Made by a program: the position numbers and the translations under genes
Shown here: positions 9,701-18,522 of the stretch, piece by piece
How positions within the stretch are numbered: position 1 is the stretch's first letter
Layout: each line of letters starts with the position of its first letter
NCBI GenBank assembly: GCA_041500225.1
Contig: JBGQLV010000004.1
Location: 14,463 to 78,462, forward strand
Source of the DNA: Thermodesulfovibrionia bacterium
Lineage (GTDB): Bacteria; Nitrospirota; Thermodesulfovibrionia; Thermodesulfovibrionales; SM23-35
Direction of reading: 5' to 3'
DNA length: 64,000 nucleotides
Notes under the pieces: generated by a model
What the model was told of the DNA's origin: nothing
Seen by the model: the letters and a program-made list of their open reading frames with translations, nothing else
The model's database searches: none

Positions 9701-10879
9701 GGTGAGGGGGGATTACAGGAAATGATATTTCCTCTGTTATTCTCAGAAGAGCTTGGAATGGTAATTGAATATCTACCTGAAAATGAAAAAGAAATATTAT
9801 CTACATTCTGTAAAGACAATATTCCTTTCCAAATCATTGGTACTACCTCCTCTGAAAAGAGAATAAAAATAAACATCAATAATGAATTAATTCTTGATGA
9901 AGATATGCGTGTTCTCAGGGCTATCTGGGAAGAAACAAGTTATCAGCTTGACAGGCTTCAGGCAAACCCTGAATGTGTTGATGAAGAAAGGATAGTTAAT
10001 TTTAATAGAAAAGGACCACAATATAGACTGACATTTACACCAGAGAAGACACCTCAGAAGATCCTCGAAAACGATATTAACCCAAAGGTTGCAGTGATCC
10101 GTGAAGAGGGTAGTAACGGTGACCGCGAGATGACTTCTGCCTTTTATCAAGCTGGTTTTGAGGTATGGGATATAACGATGACAGACCTCCTTGAGGACAG
10201 AGCAAATCTTGAAGACTTCAGAGGTATTGCCTTTGTAGGTGGATTCAGTTATGCCGATGTCCTTGATTCAGCTAAAGGATGGGCAGGGGTAATCAGGTTT
10301 AATAAAAGACTCTATGAGCAATTCCAGCGGTTCTATGAAAGGCCTGATACCTTCAGCCTCGGTGTCTGTAATGGGTGCCAGCTTATGGCACTTCTTGGCC
10401 GGATTCCATGGAAGGGGATTTCTGACAAGATTCAACCAAGATACATACAGAATAAATCCGGACGGTTTGAATCAAGGTTTTCAACAGTTCATATCCTGCC
10501 GAGTCCTTCTATAATGCTAAGAGGAATGGAAGGTTCTACTCTTGGTGTATGGGTCGCACATGGTGAGGGAAGGCTCTATTTCCCGGATAAAGAAATAATA
10601 CAGGAAGTTTTTGAGAAGGGCCTTGCACCAATAAGATTTGTTGATGACGGTGGAGAAATTACCGAGACGTATCCATTTAATCCAAATGGCTCTCCTTCAG
10701 GCATAACAGCCCTCTGTTCACCTGATGGGAGGCATCTTGCAATGATGCCCCATCCAGAAAGGACATTTCTAAAATGGCAATGGGCATATATGCCAGAGGA
10801 TTGGAAGAAAACCCTCGAAGTTTCTCCATGGTTAAAAATGTTCCGGAATGCGAGGGAATGGTGTGCGGAAGAAAATTAA
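6800..10879 (+). CDS. purL: Phosphoribosylformylglycinamidine (FGAM) synthase, large single-chain type
   Basis: 1359 aa. SNSEHSRHWFF, TAETHNFPT, GAETGTGGRIRD and a C-terminal glutaminase domain (GVCNGCQLM, HGEG, MPHPER). Colinear with E. coli PurL as I recall it, apart from three insertions. Confidence 0.95.
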   Translation: MTILHLYRKPALSLSKRNELLSVAQQKVSPDIKDIETEYCFNIETITPFTDEELNIVRWLLAETFEPENFSERSFLTRHSSLVTRHCLLEVGPRMNFTTAWSTNAVSVCHSCGLKKITRIERSRRYKLIFNQQIPPLNPPPAKGGRRRGSSSSLQPSTFNLQLFLELIHDRMTECPYPESLTTFETCKKAEPVYIVPLIEEGKEALKKINIEMGLGLDDWDIDYYYNLFVNGIGRNPTNVECFDLGQSNSEHSRHWFFKGRLIIDGEKMPYTLMDIIKHPLKTNHGNSIIAFKDNSSAIHGYEIFTIIPEHPDRPSRFQGSRLDYNIIFTAETHNFPTGVAPFPGAETGTGGRIRDVQATGRGSLVIAGTAAYCVGNLRIPGYPLPWDDLSFEYPPNLASPLQIEIEASNGASDYGNKFGEPVIQGFTRSFGLRLPDGERREWVKPIMFTGGVGQIDNRHIEKGKPEKGMFVVKIGGPAYRIGIGGGAASSMIQGENIAELDFSAVQRGDAEMEQKVNRVIRACVEMSDKNPIISIHDQGAGGNCNVVKEIVYPAGAKIEIRNIQLGDNTLSVLEIWGAEYQEQNALLIQPDRSEEFFALCKREKVPCSFIGEITGDGYIVLHDETDGSTSVNLDLSKVLGEMPQKIFHIDRIKPPLEPLRLPEGITLKDALERVLRLISVSSKRFLTNKVDRSVTGLIAQQQCVGPLQLTLSNAAVVSQSHFGLTGAAIAIGEQPIKGLISPQAMARMSVGEALTNIMWAKVSAVEDIKCSGNWMWAAKLPGEGARLYDAAVAMSDLMVKLGIAVDGGKDSLSMAAMVPGASGKTEIVKAPGALVISAYATCPDITKVITPDIKKPGESRLIYIDLGNGKYRIGGTALAHVYGQVGNESPDLDDPQLLKRTFNAIQRFISEDLIISGHDRSDGGLITTLLEMAFGGNCGIEVNIKSSTPPHPLLGKNPPIPPLLKGGEGGLQEMIFPLLFSEELGMVIEYLPENEKEILSTFCKDNIPFQIIGTTSSEKRIKININNELILDEDMRVLRAIWEETSYQLDRLQANPECVDEERIVNFNRKGPQYRLTFTPEKTPQKILENDINPKVAVIREEGSNGDREMTSAFYQAGFEVWDITMTDLLEDRANLEDFRGIAFVGGFSYADVLDSAKGWAGVIRFNKRLYEQFQRFYERPDTFSLGVCNGCQLMALLGRIPWKGISDKIQPRYIQNKSGRFESRFSTVHILPSPSIMLRGMEGSTLGVWVAHGEGRLYFPDKEIIQEVFEKGLAPIRFVDDGGEITETYPFNPNGSPSGITALCSPDGRHLAMMPHPERTFLKWQWAYMPEDWKKTLEVSPWLKMFRNAREWCAEEN
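7028..7061. repeat. Heptanucleotide tandem repeat (actcgtc x4 plus a degenerate fifth copy) inside purL
   Basis: Direct read: actcgtc actcgtc actcgtc actcgtc actgtc, translated as TRHSSLVTRH. Confidence 0.9.
7202..7285. repeat. GC-rich imperfect palindrome followed by heptamer tandem repeat (ccttcaa x4), in-frame inside purL
   Basis: ccccccctcaatcccccccc tgctaa gggggggcgaaggagggg, then ccttcaa x4. Encodes PPLNPPPAKGGRRRGSSSSLQPSTFNLQ. Confidence 0.85.
9645..9713. repeat. GC-rich palindromic element in-frame inside purL
   Basis: acaccccctcatcccc ... aatcccccccatcccccc tttactaaa ggggggtgagggggg att. Encodes TPPHPLLGKNPPIPPLLKGGEGG. Confidence 0.85.
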
Positions 10880-10882
10880 TTA

Positions 10883-12049
10883 TCAACTTGCCCATAACGC
10901 TTCCACGATATTCATGCGCGACGCCCTGATAGCAGGGAGCACACCCCCGATTAATCCCATTATCAGCGAGAAGGCCAGGGCTTGATAAATGATTTTAAAG
11001 GTTAGAGAAAAGGTAAAGGCAAGTTCGGAAAAAGTCTGAAAGTTTAGTGTTGATACGGTAAATAATTGCAGAAAAGAGGCAAAAAACAAACCAACAGCAC
11101 CTCCAATAAAACTGAGAATCAACGATTCTATGAGAAAAGCTGCTAAAATACTCCTCCTTTGAAAGCCGAGGGCACGCATTGTACCTATTTCGAAAACACG
11201 GTTGGCTACAGCAGAGTACATAGTTATCATGGCGCCTATGATTGCACCGAGAGAGAATATTATTGTGAGGGTCAAGCCGAGGATGCGGAGAAATTTAGCC
11301 ATCATCTCCGACTGTTTTCTGTAATATTCAGGTTCCCTCATTGCTTCCTGTGTCAGACGTGGATCATTCTCTATTCTTGACTTAACCTTTTCAAGTTCAG
11401 ATGGCTCGCGCATTCGAAAGATTACAGACGAATATGCAGGTCTTCTGAAGGCCTGCATCAACTGGTCTACATCTCCCCATATCTCTGAGTTGAAGCTGGT
11501 ATTTCCTGCATCAAACACGCCCACAACAGTCCAGTCTCTCATGGCAAAGCGAAGGGTTTCTCCGAAACCTCCTCCCTGAAACCTTTTCGCAATGCTTGAT
11601 CCTGCAATAATTTCAGATGAACCGGGTCTCGGCATACGTCCCTCAACGAGTTTAACCTGTGGACGGAGATTCATTGAATGTTCCTCAATCCCTCGAATAA
11701 CTACATTGGAAGGTTTATTTGTTCCACGTTTAGGAAGTGCAAATAGAACCACTAATTCTTTTGCAATTAGTCGTTTCCCGTCAGTACCTATGGCGATCTC
11801 GGGCTGTGTTTCGATTATCGAGGCCTGGAGCCTGTCAACTCCGCTCTGTACTTCTGAACCAGCGGCTTTTCTTATTGCGACCACATTCTCATATGATCCG
11901 GTTTCGACAAGTGTCTTCTGCAGCCCCTCAGCAAGCATCAGGACAGCAGCAAACACAAAAACTACCAGCGCCATGCCGGAGGCAGTGAGAAAAGTCGTAA
12001 GCCTGCGTGTAAAGAGATTACGCAGGCTGTATGTGAATGGTATTTTCAT
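10883..12049 (-). CDS. MacB/FtsX-family ABC transporter permease
   Basis: 388 aa. N-terminal TM, a large periplasmic domain, and a C-terminal FtsX-type 3-TM bundle. Confidence 0.8.
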   Translation of the reverse strand: MKIPFTYSLRNLFTRRLTTFLTASGMALVVFVFAAVLMLAEGLQKTLVETGSYENVVAIRKAAGSEVQSGVDRLQASIIETQPEIAIGTDGKRLIAKELVVLFALPKRGTNKPSNVVIRGIEEHSMNLRPQVKLVEGRMPRPGSSEIIAGSSIAKRFQGGGFGETLRFAMRDWTVVGVFDAGNTSFNSEIWGDVDQLMQAFRRPAYSSVIFRMREPSELEKVKSRIENDPRLTQEAMREPEYYRKQSEMMAKFLRILGLTLTIIFSLGAIIGAMITMYSAVANRVFEIGTMRALGFQRRSILAAFLIESLILSFIGGAVGLFFASFLQLFTVSTLNFQTFSELAFTFSLTFKIIYQALAFSLIMGLIGGVLPAIRASRMNIVEALWAS

Positions 12050-13207
12050 TTACCCTATTCTCCTGAGTCCATCAGCAATACGAATCTTAATGGATCGCCA
12101 GGTTGGAAAAATTGCCGCAACGAACGCCACAATGAGTGCAGCAATAATATCAAGGTAAATGGTTTCGCGTTCTACATTGAATACAGGGAAAAAGGTACTC
12201 AGTTCTTTACTGAAGATTTTGGCTGCCGGGAATGTCAAAAAAATACCGAGGGCAGCACCTGTCATTGTGATGATTAAGGACTCGCCGAATATCAGGCCGG
12301 AAATATGAAAAGCACCAAATCCAAGTGTCTTGAAAATTGCATATTCACCGATTCGCTCGCGGACAGTCATAGCCATGGTATTTGCTACAACAGCCATAAT
12401 AATAAAAATAATTACAAATGAGACAAGTTGTATCGCAATAACAATCGCTTCTGTCATGGAAATGAAGCTTAACTGGAAGGCCTTTTCGGTCTCTGTCAAT
12501 GTTTCTGCAAGGGAATTCTTAAAGGTTTTATCAATCCTGAGAGAGACATCTGCTGCGATATTCGGGTTGTTTATTTCGATCATATACCAGCCGACTTGGC
12601 CAGCCCATGACCGTCCGGCCTTTTTCAATGCCTCGTTAAGATAATCCCAGTGAAAGAAAAAAGCGGTTTCATCCACTGTTTCATCTCTTCCCTTATAAAT
12701 AGCACGCAATACAAAATCCCAGTTGCCAGGGAAAATAGTCCCTTTTAATGTAATGGTATCGCCAATCTTCCAGCCGAACCTTTTAGCAAGTTTTCGTCCT
12801 GCAGTTGCAGCCTTACGGTCGCGGAGAACTGCTGCCATCTGGTCGGGCGGAATTATGATCTCAGGATACATTTGAAGATATGTTTTTGGTTCAACTGCGT
12901 AGTTTGCAAAGAAATTTTTTTCATCAATATAAATACCGCCGAACCATGTGCCGTAAGAAACCCTCTTCACACCTTCAACCTGCCTGATCTTTTCCTTATA
13001 AGAAAGAGGAAGCGGAAAAACAAGAGATACAGCATTTCTTGTTACGAGACGGCTTGCAGAAGATGCTTCTACCCCTGCATACCATGCGCTGATCACTGTT
13101 CTCAGAAGTCCGAATGCAAGTATAGCAATAGTAACACCTAAAATAGTAAGGAATGTCCGTAGCTTATGACGGAATGCATTTTTAAAAATCAGTTTGAGGA
13201 TGTGCAT
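12050..13207 (-). CDS. MacB/FtsX-family ABC transporter permease
   Basis: 385 aa. Same architecture as its neighbour and directly abutting it. Confidence 0.8.
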   Translation of the reverse strand: MHILKLIFKNAFRHKLRTFLTILGVTIAILAFGLLRTVISAWYAGVEASSASRLVTRNAVSLVFPLPLSYKEKIRQVEGVKRVSYGTWFGGIYIDEKNFFANYAVEPKTYLQMYPEIIIPPDQMAAVLRDRKAATAGRKLAKRFGWKIGDTITLKGTIFPGNWDFVLRAIYKGRDETVDETAFFFHWDYLNEALKKAGRSWAGQVGWYMIEINNPNIAADVSLRIDKTFKNSLAETLTETEKAFQLSFISMTEAIVIAIQLVSFVIIFIIMAVVANTMAMTVRERIGEYAIFKTLGFGAFHISGLIFGESLIITMTGAALGIFLTFPAAKIFSKELSTFFPVFNVERETIYLDIIAALIVAFVAAIFPTWRSIKIRIADGLRRIG

Positions 13208-13883
13208 TCAAAACGCCTTTGTCGAGATGTTTGATAACATGAGCCTTTTTTGCAGCCCGTGGGTCATGTGTCACCATAATAATGGTCTTCCCGAGTTCAT
13301 GAACGAGTCGCTCCATGAGCTCCAGCACATCATTTGCAGAAACCCTGTCAAGATCACCAGTCGGCTCATCCGCCACCAGTATTGTTGGATCGGTAACAAC
13401 AGCACGGGCAATGGCAACACGCTGCTGTTGGCCGCCAGAGAGCTGTCCAGGGTAATGATCCATTCGATCCTCAAGGTTTACAACTCTAAGGGCCATCTCC
13501 ACATGGGATCTGCGCTCTCTTTTTGATAGTCCTGACAGGAGCAGAGGGAGTTTAACATTTTCAAAAGCCGTAAGCACAGGAATCAGGTTGTAAAACTGGA
13601 AAATAAAGCCTACATTGTTGGCACGCCACTCAGCGAGCCCGGTTTCAGTGAGAGAAGTAATTTCTACGTTGCCGATTTTGATTGTACCGCTGTCTGTCTT
13701 ATCAATACCTGCGATAAGGTTTAACAGAGTAGTTTTACCTGAGCCCGAAGGGCCCATCAGTGCAAGAAATTCCCCTTCTTCAATATCTAAAGATATATTA
13801 TTCAAAACAGGTAGAATCTGGTTACCCCTGCGGTAAGACTTATACAGGTTCCTTATCTCGACAATATGAGGTTTATTGGCCAT
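13182..13883 (-). CDS. ABC transporter ATP-binding protein (MacB/LolD-like)
   Basis: 233 aa. [38 protein letters not shown]. Confidence 0.9.
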   Translation of the reverse strand: MANKPHIVEIRNLYKSYRRGNQILPVLNNISLDIEEGEFLALMGPSGSGKTTLLNLIAGIDKTDSGTIKIGNVEITSLTETGLAEWRANNVGFIFQFYNLIPVLTAFENVKLPLLLSGLSKRERRSHVEMALRVVNLEDRMDHYPGQLSGGQQQRVAIARAVVTDPTILVADEPTGDLDRVSANDVLELMERLVHELGKTIIMVTHDPRAAKKAHVIKHLDKGVLNAHPQTDF

Positions 13884-15101
13884 CTATTTTTCGGCGACTT
13901 TGATCCTTGAACCATTCTTTATTTTCTCGAGGGGTTTCAATACAACTCTGTCCCCTGCCTTCACACCATTTAAGACTTCGATCATATCGCCGAGTTTTGT
14001 GCCCACAGTTATTGGTGTTTCTACGGCCCTGTTTTCTTTTATTAGAAAGACAATATTTTTCCCGTCACGTGTAACCAAAGCTGTTTGGTAGATTGCAGTA
14101 CGCGGTTTCTGCTCATGACTTTTAACTTCCCTTGACAGGAAAGCCACTTTTACGCTCATCTCAGGTAATATTCGGCTGTCTTTATCAATAATCCGCACCT
14201 TTACCATTACTGTTGCTTTGGTTCTGTCTGCTGTAGGTACAATCATGTGAACTTCTCCCCTAAAACGCGAATCAGGCAATGCATCGAGTTGAATCTCACA
14301 GGGTTGTCCTATCTTAGCTAAATGGATATTCGATTCTGAAACATCCACTTCTGCCTGGAGGGAGTTCATATCTGCAATAGTAACCACAGCCGCCTTTGCA
14401 TTAGCAGCAGCTCCTATCGGGGTGACAATGTCACCAATATCGGCATTTTTTGTCAACACTACAGCATCGAAAGGGGCTTGGATCAAGGTATATCCCAGAG
14501 CTACTTTGGCTCCCTGAAGTGCAGCTGAAGCAGCTTTAACCGCTGCTTCAGCTGCTTCAGCTGCTGCAATTGCCTTCTTGTAACGTGCTTCTGAGGTATC
14601 ATATTCTGCCTGTGCTACAAACCCCTGTGTCAGTAAATCTTTATTACGATTAAAAGAAAGGGTGGCATCATGTAATTCAGCTTTCGCCTGTTCCATGTTG
14701 TAATGGGCTGCTTTTAAGTTAGCTTCTGCCTGATCCTTGGAAGCTGCAACATCCTCGCTTTCCAGTTTGGCAATCACCTGTCCTGCTTTCACCTTACTCC
14801 CCTCTTCAACTGATAGTGATACGAGGCGGCCGGTGACCTTTGAAGCCACTGCGGCCTTACGCTGGGCTACAACATAGCCGCTTGCGTTCAATAAAGTAAA
14901 AGTCTGTGATGGATATAATTGTGTGACACTGGCAACCTCAACCTCAACTGCAGGCGTTAAAACCCCTTTAACGTAAAGGAATCCCATTAATAAAATAAAA
15001 AAAATCGCCCCCACCATGTAACCCAATTTCCTTCGCCTTAATGGGCTATAAGTTGATTCAGATTTTTCTATCTTTAATCTCGAAAGATCTTCGTTCGCCA
15101 T
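13884..15101 (-). CDS. Efflux transporter periplasmic adaptor (HlyD/MacA membrane-fusion family)
   Basis: 405 aa. N-terminal TM, a long Ala-rich coiled-coil hairpin, and barrel-sandwich motifs. First gene of a 4-gene efflux operon. Confidence 0.8.
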   Translation of the reverse strand: MANEDLSRLKIEKSESTYSPLRRRKLGYMVGAIFFILLMGFLYVKGVLTPAVEVEVASVTQLYPSQTFTLLNASGYVVAQRKAAVASKVTGRLVSLSVEEGSKVKAGQVIAKLESEDVAASKDQAEANLKAAHYNMEQAKAELHDATLSFNRNKDLLTQGFVAQAEYDTSEARYKKAIAAAEAAEAAVKAASAALQGAKVALGYTLIQAPFDAVVLTKNADIGDIVTPIGAAANAKAAVVTIADMNSLQAEVDVSESNIHLAKIGQPCEIQLDALPDSRFRGEVHMIVPTADRTKATVMVKVRIIDKDSRILPEMSVKVAFLSREVKSHEQKPRTAIYQTALVTRDGKNIVFLIKENRAVETPITVGTKLGDMIEVLNGVKAGDRVVLKPLEKIKNGSRIKVAEK

Positions 15102-15306
15102 TTATATAAGCTCCTTATTCCAGATGGATTCGCAACTTAAATAGATAATATTTTATCAAATCCTTAATTTATTAGCTTTAATTAAAAAGGCACAAATTTA
15201 CCACGACGGTAACTTGTGGGTAAAGTCACAATAAATTTGCAGGCATTGCAGGGATTTAAACCCCGGCTGGATTAAGATATTTCAGAATGCAATAATGTAG
15301 TATGTT

Positions 15307-16632
15307 TTATGTTGACCTTCTGCGGTCAACAACATATAGGCTCTTCGCAAATGTCTTCGCATATTGTTTTAATTCTGCCACCTTCTCTGCTACATCCTTT
15401 GGGTCTCTGATAACAGTTCTGTCGGTATTAACAACAGCTACAGATATAGTCATTATAGGGAATATTGCAGGTTTATCTTTTCTGTCTATAGATACTATGT
15501 AGCCTCTTTCCAGGTCCTCAGGTTCATAATGCTTTACTATGCCTTTATCGAATTTATCTATAATCATTTTACAGATAGATTCCATTCTCTCAGGAGCACA
15601 GATAATCACAAAGTCATCACCACCGATATGACCCAGGAAATCTTCGTCTGTCCCTGCAGTTTTCACTATTTCCAGGAGAATATCTCCAACCCATTTTAAT
15701 ACATCACTTCCTTTTGCAAAACCATACCTATCGCTAAATGCCTTAAAGTTGTCGAGATCAATAAGACAGAATGAAAAATTTTCATTCTCATTTAATCTTG
15801 TGAGAAGCTCTTTCTCTATAGCCAGATTCCCGGGAAGTTTTGTTAAAGGATTTGCATCCAGATTCGTAGCCTCAAGTTCCTTAAGCCTTGCTGACATCTC
15901 TTTGAAGGAAATGGCCAGATCAGCAAGCTCGTCAGCGCCTTTGATCTCGGGCATGGTGTCAAAATTACCACTCTTAATGGAATAGGTGGCATCCTTCAAT
16001 GTTTCTATAGAGGCGCTCAGGTTGTTTGTTATCAGATATGCAAACAGTGCACCGAACAGAATAGATACTATGTTAAGGGTTATAGTTATTATAAATGCCC
16101 TTTCACCAAGTATGTTTGATTTACTTATATGTTGTGTCTGCTGGGCCTTGAGTTTAATTTCGAGTTCTTTAAGTAATGAAAGAATCTTATCCAGATTATT
16201 TTTCAACTCTGTAGATGACAGATTCTCTGCCTCCCTAACGTTGTTATTTTTAATAAGGTATGTCTCTTTTTTAAACAGTTCATTATAGCCTTCATGGGAT
16301 ACTGATATGTCATTGAGAAGGTTCTGGAATGAGGGATAGATTTTTTTAATCTCTGCGATCTGAGACTTAAACTCGCTGCTGCGATTCCGGAAGTTATCAT
16401 CGGCATTAATATCCTTAAAGACGAGATATCTTTTTTCATACAGATCCTGAGCAAGGATGTTATCATTAAGTTTTGCCAGCTTCTCCTGTGCAGCGACATC
16501 GTCATAGATAACAGTAGTAGTAATTTTATTGAGTGTATTAAGGCTCCATGTGGCATATAATCCTACGATGATGGTAAAGGATATCATTACTGCATATCCG
16601 AGGAATATCTTCTGTCTTAATGTTAAGCTCAT
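15307..16632 (-). CDS. Membrane sensor with HAMP and GGDEF-type cyclase domain (motif GGDDF)
   Basis: 441 aa. Two TM segments flank a helical sensor region, followed by a HAMP segment (ADELADLAISFKEMSARL). Then LIDLDNFKAFSDRYGFAKGSDVL .. GHIGGDDFVII. Confidence 0.8.
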   Translation of the reverse strand: MSLTLRQKIFLGYAVMISFTIIVGLYATWSLNTLNKITTTVIYDDVAAQEKLAKLNDNILAQDLYEKRYLVFKDINADDNFRNRSSEFKSQIAEIKKIYPSFQNLLNDISVSHEGYNELFKKETYLIKNNNVREAENLSSTELKNNLDKILSLLKELEIKLKAQQTQHISKSNILGERAFIITITLNIVSILFGALFAYLITNNLSASIETLKDATYSIKSGNFDTMPEIKGADELADLAISFKEMSARLKELEATNLDANPLTKLPGNLAIEKELLTRLNENENFSFCLIDLDNFKAFSDRYGFAKGSDVLKWVGDILLEIVKTAGTDEDFLGHIGGDDFVIICAPERMESICKMIIDKFDKGIVKHYEPEDLERGYIVSIDRKDKPAIFPIMTISVAVVNTDRTVIRDPKDVAEKVAELKQYAKTFAKSLYVVDRRRST

Positions 16633-16674
16633 CTCAATTCTTTATTTAATACTCATTTTGAAAACTGGAATGAT

Positions 16675-16854
16675 TCATATATAGTTACCATATTTCTGCC
16701 TGATTTTTTTGGTATAGTTTTTTTCTGCCTCTATCTTTTCCATTCTCTCCCAGTAACCACCTCTCTTTTTTCCTGAGAGGAAGGCTATGATAGCGATTAA
16801 AGCTGCTATCACAATCAGTATTGCTAAGGGTATTATAAAGCCAGCTATCTCCAT
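16675..16854 (-). CDS. Candidate 59-aa single-TM small protein
   Basis: My translation is MEIAGFIIPLAILIVIAALIAIIAFLSGKKRGGYWERMEKIEAEKNYTKKIRQKYGNYI. It falls below the track cutoff and has no clear SD. Confidence 0.3.
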   Translation of the reverse strand: MEIAGFIIPLAILIVIAALIAIIAFLSGKKRGGYWERMEKIEAEKNYTKKIRQKYGNYI

Positions 16855-17149
16855 ATTATATCTTAAGATAATTATATCTCAAATCCAAAGTAAAAGCTTT
16901 AACCCGAAAAATGCAGTTGACATCAGTCATATATGCAGAAAAACCTTTACAAATCGCAATTTGGTTTTAAATGAAATCAGTATGTTATGCATGAAAACGT
17001 GGAGGTTCAACCGTGTTTGAATAGTCCTACAAAGGTAGCGATGGTAAAACTTTTTCTGCACATATGCCTGCTTCATTTTTTACTAATTGCATTTTTCGGG
17101 TTAAGTAGGCAGGGCAGTAAATATGAAGTTATGCAGAGAATATAAGTTT

Positions 17150-17226
17150 TGGTGGCGGTGCAGGGATTTGAACCCCGGACACTGCGGATATGAGCCGCAT
17201 GCTCTAACCAACTGAGCTACACCGCC
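17150..17226 (-). tRNA. tRNA with CAU anticodon (elongator Met or lysidine-Ile type, not initiator-like)
   Basis: The reverse complement folds as a cloverleaf: GGCGGTG TA GCTC AGTTGGTTA GAGC A TGCGG CTCATAT CCGCA GTGTC CGGGG TTCAAAT CCCTG CACCGCC ACCA. CCA is encoded. The anticodon stem lacks the three G:C pairs of initiator tRNAs. Confidence 0.9.
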
Positions 17227-17287
17227 GTAAAAAAGTAAGCAGTAAATAATTTTAAAATAGAAACAAATTATAACAGAAGACAAAACT

Positions 17288-18409
17288 TTAGTGAAAGAGT
17301 TCAAACCTTCGTGTCCTGATGTTGATGAGTACTCCCACCGAAAGGAGATTTGAGAGGAGCGCAGTGCCGCCGTAACTCATGAACGGTAAGGGTATTCCGA
17401 CTACAGGCATTATACCCAGCGTCATGCCGACATTGACGAAGAAATAGATCAGGAACATGAAAGTTATTCCGAGCGCAAGTAGTCTTCCAAAGTCATCCTT
17501 TGCCTTCCTCGCTGTATCAAGCCCTCTTAGTATTAAGACAAGGTAGAGAAATAAGAGCAATAGGCTCCCAAGGAATCCCCATTCTTCGGCAAAGACCGCG
17601 AAAATAAAGTCGGTATGCTTTTCGGGGAGGAACCTGAACGGTCCCTGTGTGCCATGCATATAGCCCTTTCCGAAGAACTTACCTGATCCTACTGTAATCT
17701 TTGACTGATTTAAGTGATATCCTATTCCTGCTGGATCTGCTTCTGGTTCTATAAAGGCAACAATCCTGCTTTTCTGATAGTCCTTGAGTCCTCCCCACAG
17801 TATATTGCCGAGGAAAGGCAGGGATATCAAACCTATAATAATAAATAGCATGGCAACTTTTTTCTGAAGCCCTTTTGTGAGTATTAAAGAAATAAAGATC
17901 AGCAGGATTATTAATGATGTCCCGAGATCAGGCTGTTTAATGAGAAGGATAAATGGGAGAAATACGATTAAAAAGAATATACGAAAAATTTTAGCTGTAC
18001 TGATTGGGCTATCCATTGCGCTTAATTGTTGTGAGAGCATTATTATGTATATAAGCTTGAAAGATTCAGATGGTTGAAAAGAAATGACGCCAAAACTTAA
18101 CCACCTTTGTGCCCCCATACCTGTCTTCCCGAAAATAAAAACAGATATTAAAAGAACAATGCCTGTGATATAAAGATGAAGTGATAATCTGCTGAGCCAT
18201 ACATAGTTAAAGCTGACAATCAGGAATAAAGCAATAATTCCGAGTATGAGCCAGGAGGCCTGTTTTATATAGAATCCTGAATGCTCTTCTGTTGCAAGCG
18301 GGCGTGTAGCACTGTATATTGTCATAATTCCAATGAGGGCTATTAATATGGCAATCGAAAGAGTTACCCAATCAAAATTTTTGATAAATCTACGATCTAT
18401 TCGCAGCAT
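17288..18409 (-). CDS. rodA: SEDS-family rod shape protein RodA
   Basis: 373 aa, polytopic. QPSESFKL, HTDFIFAVFAEEWG, SYGGTALL. Lies in an mrd/mre context. Confidence 0.9.
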   Translation of the reverse strand: MLRIDRRFIKNFDWVTLSIAILIALIGIMTIYSATRPLATEEHSGFYIKQASWLILGIIALFLIVSFNYVWLSRLSLHLYITGIVLLISVFIFGKTGMGAQRWLSFGVISFQPSESFKLIYIIMLSQQLSAMDSPISTAKIFRIFFLIVFLPFILLIKQPDLGTSLIILLIFISLILTKGLQKKVAMLFIIIGLISLPFLGNILWGGLKDYQKSRIVAFIEPEADPAGIGYHLNQSKITVGSGKFFGKGYMHGTQGPFRFLPEKHTDFIFAVFAEEWGFLGSLLLLFLYLVLILRGLDTARKAKDDFGRLLALGITFMFLIYFFVNVGMTLGIMPVVGIPLPFMSYGGTALLSNLLSVGVLINIRTRRFELFH

Positions 18410-18522
18410 CTTTTAATTTACCAGAAAAAAGACAGGTAAAGGTATAGGTACAGTAACGGGGAATTTAATATGGAAGAAGATAATTACTTTTCTTTACCTT
18501 TGCCTGTGCCTTTAGCTTTCTT

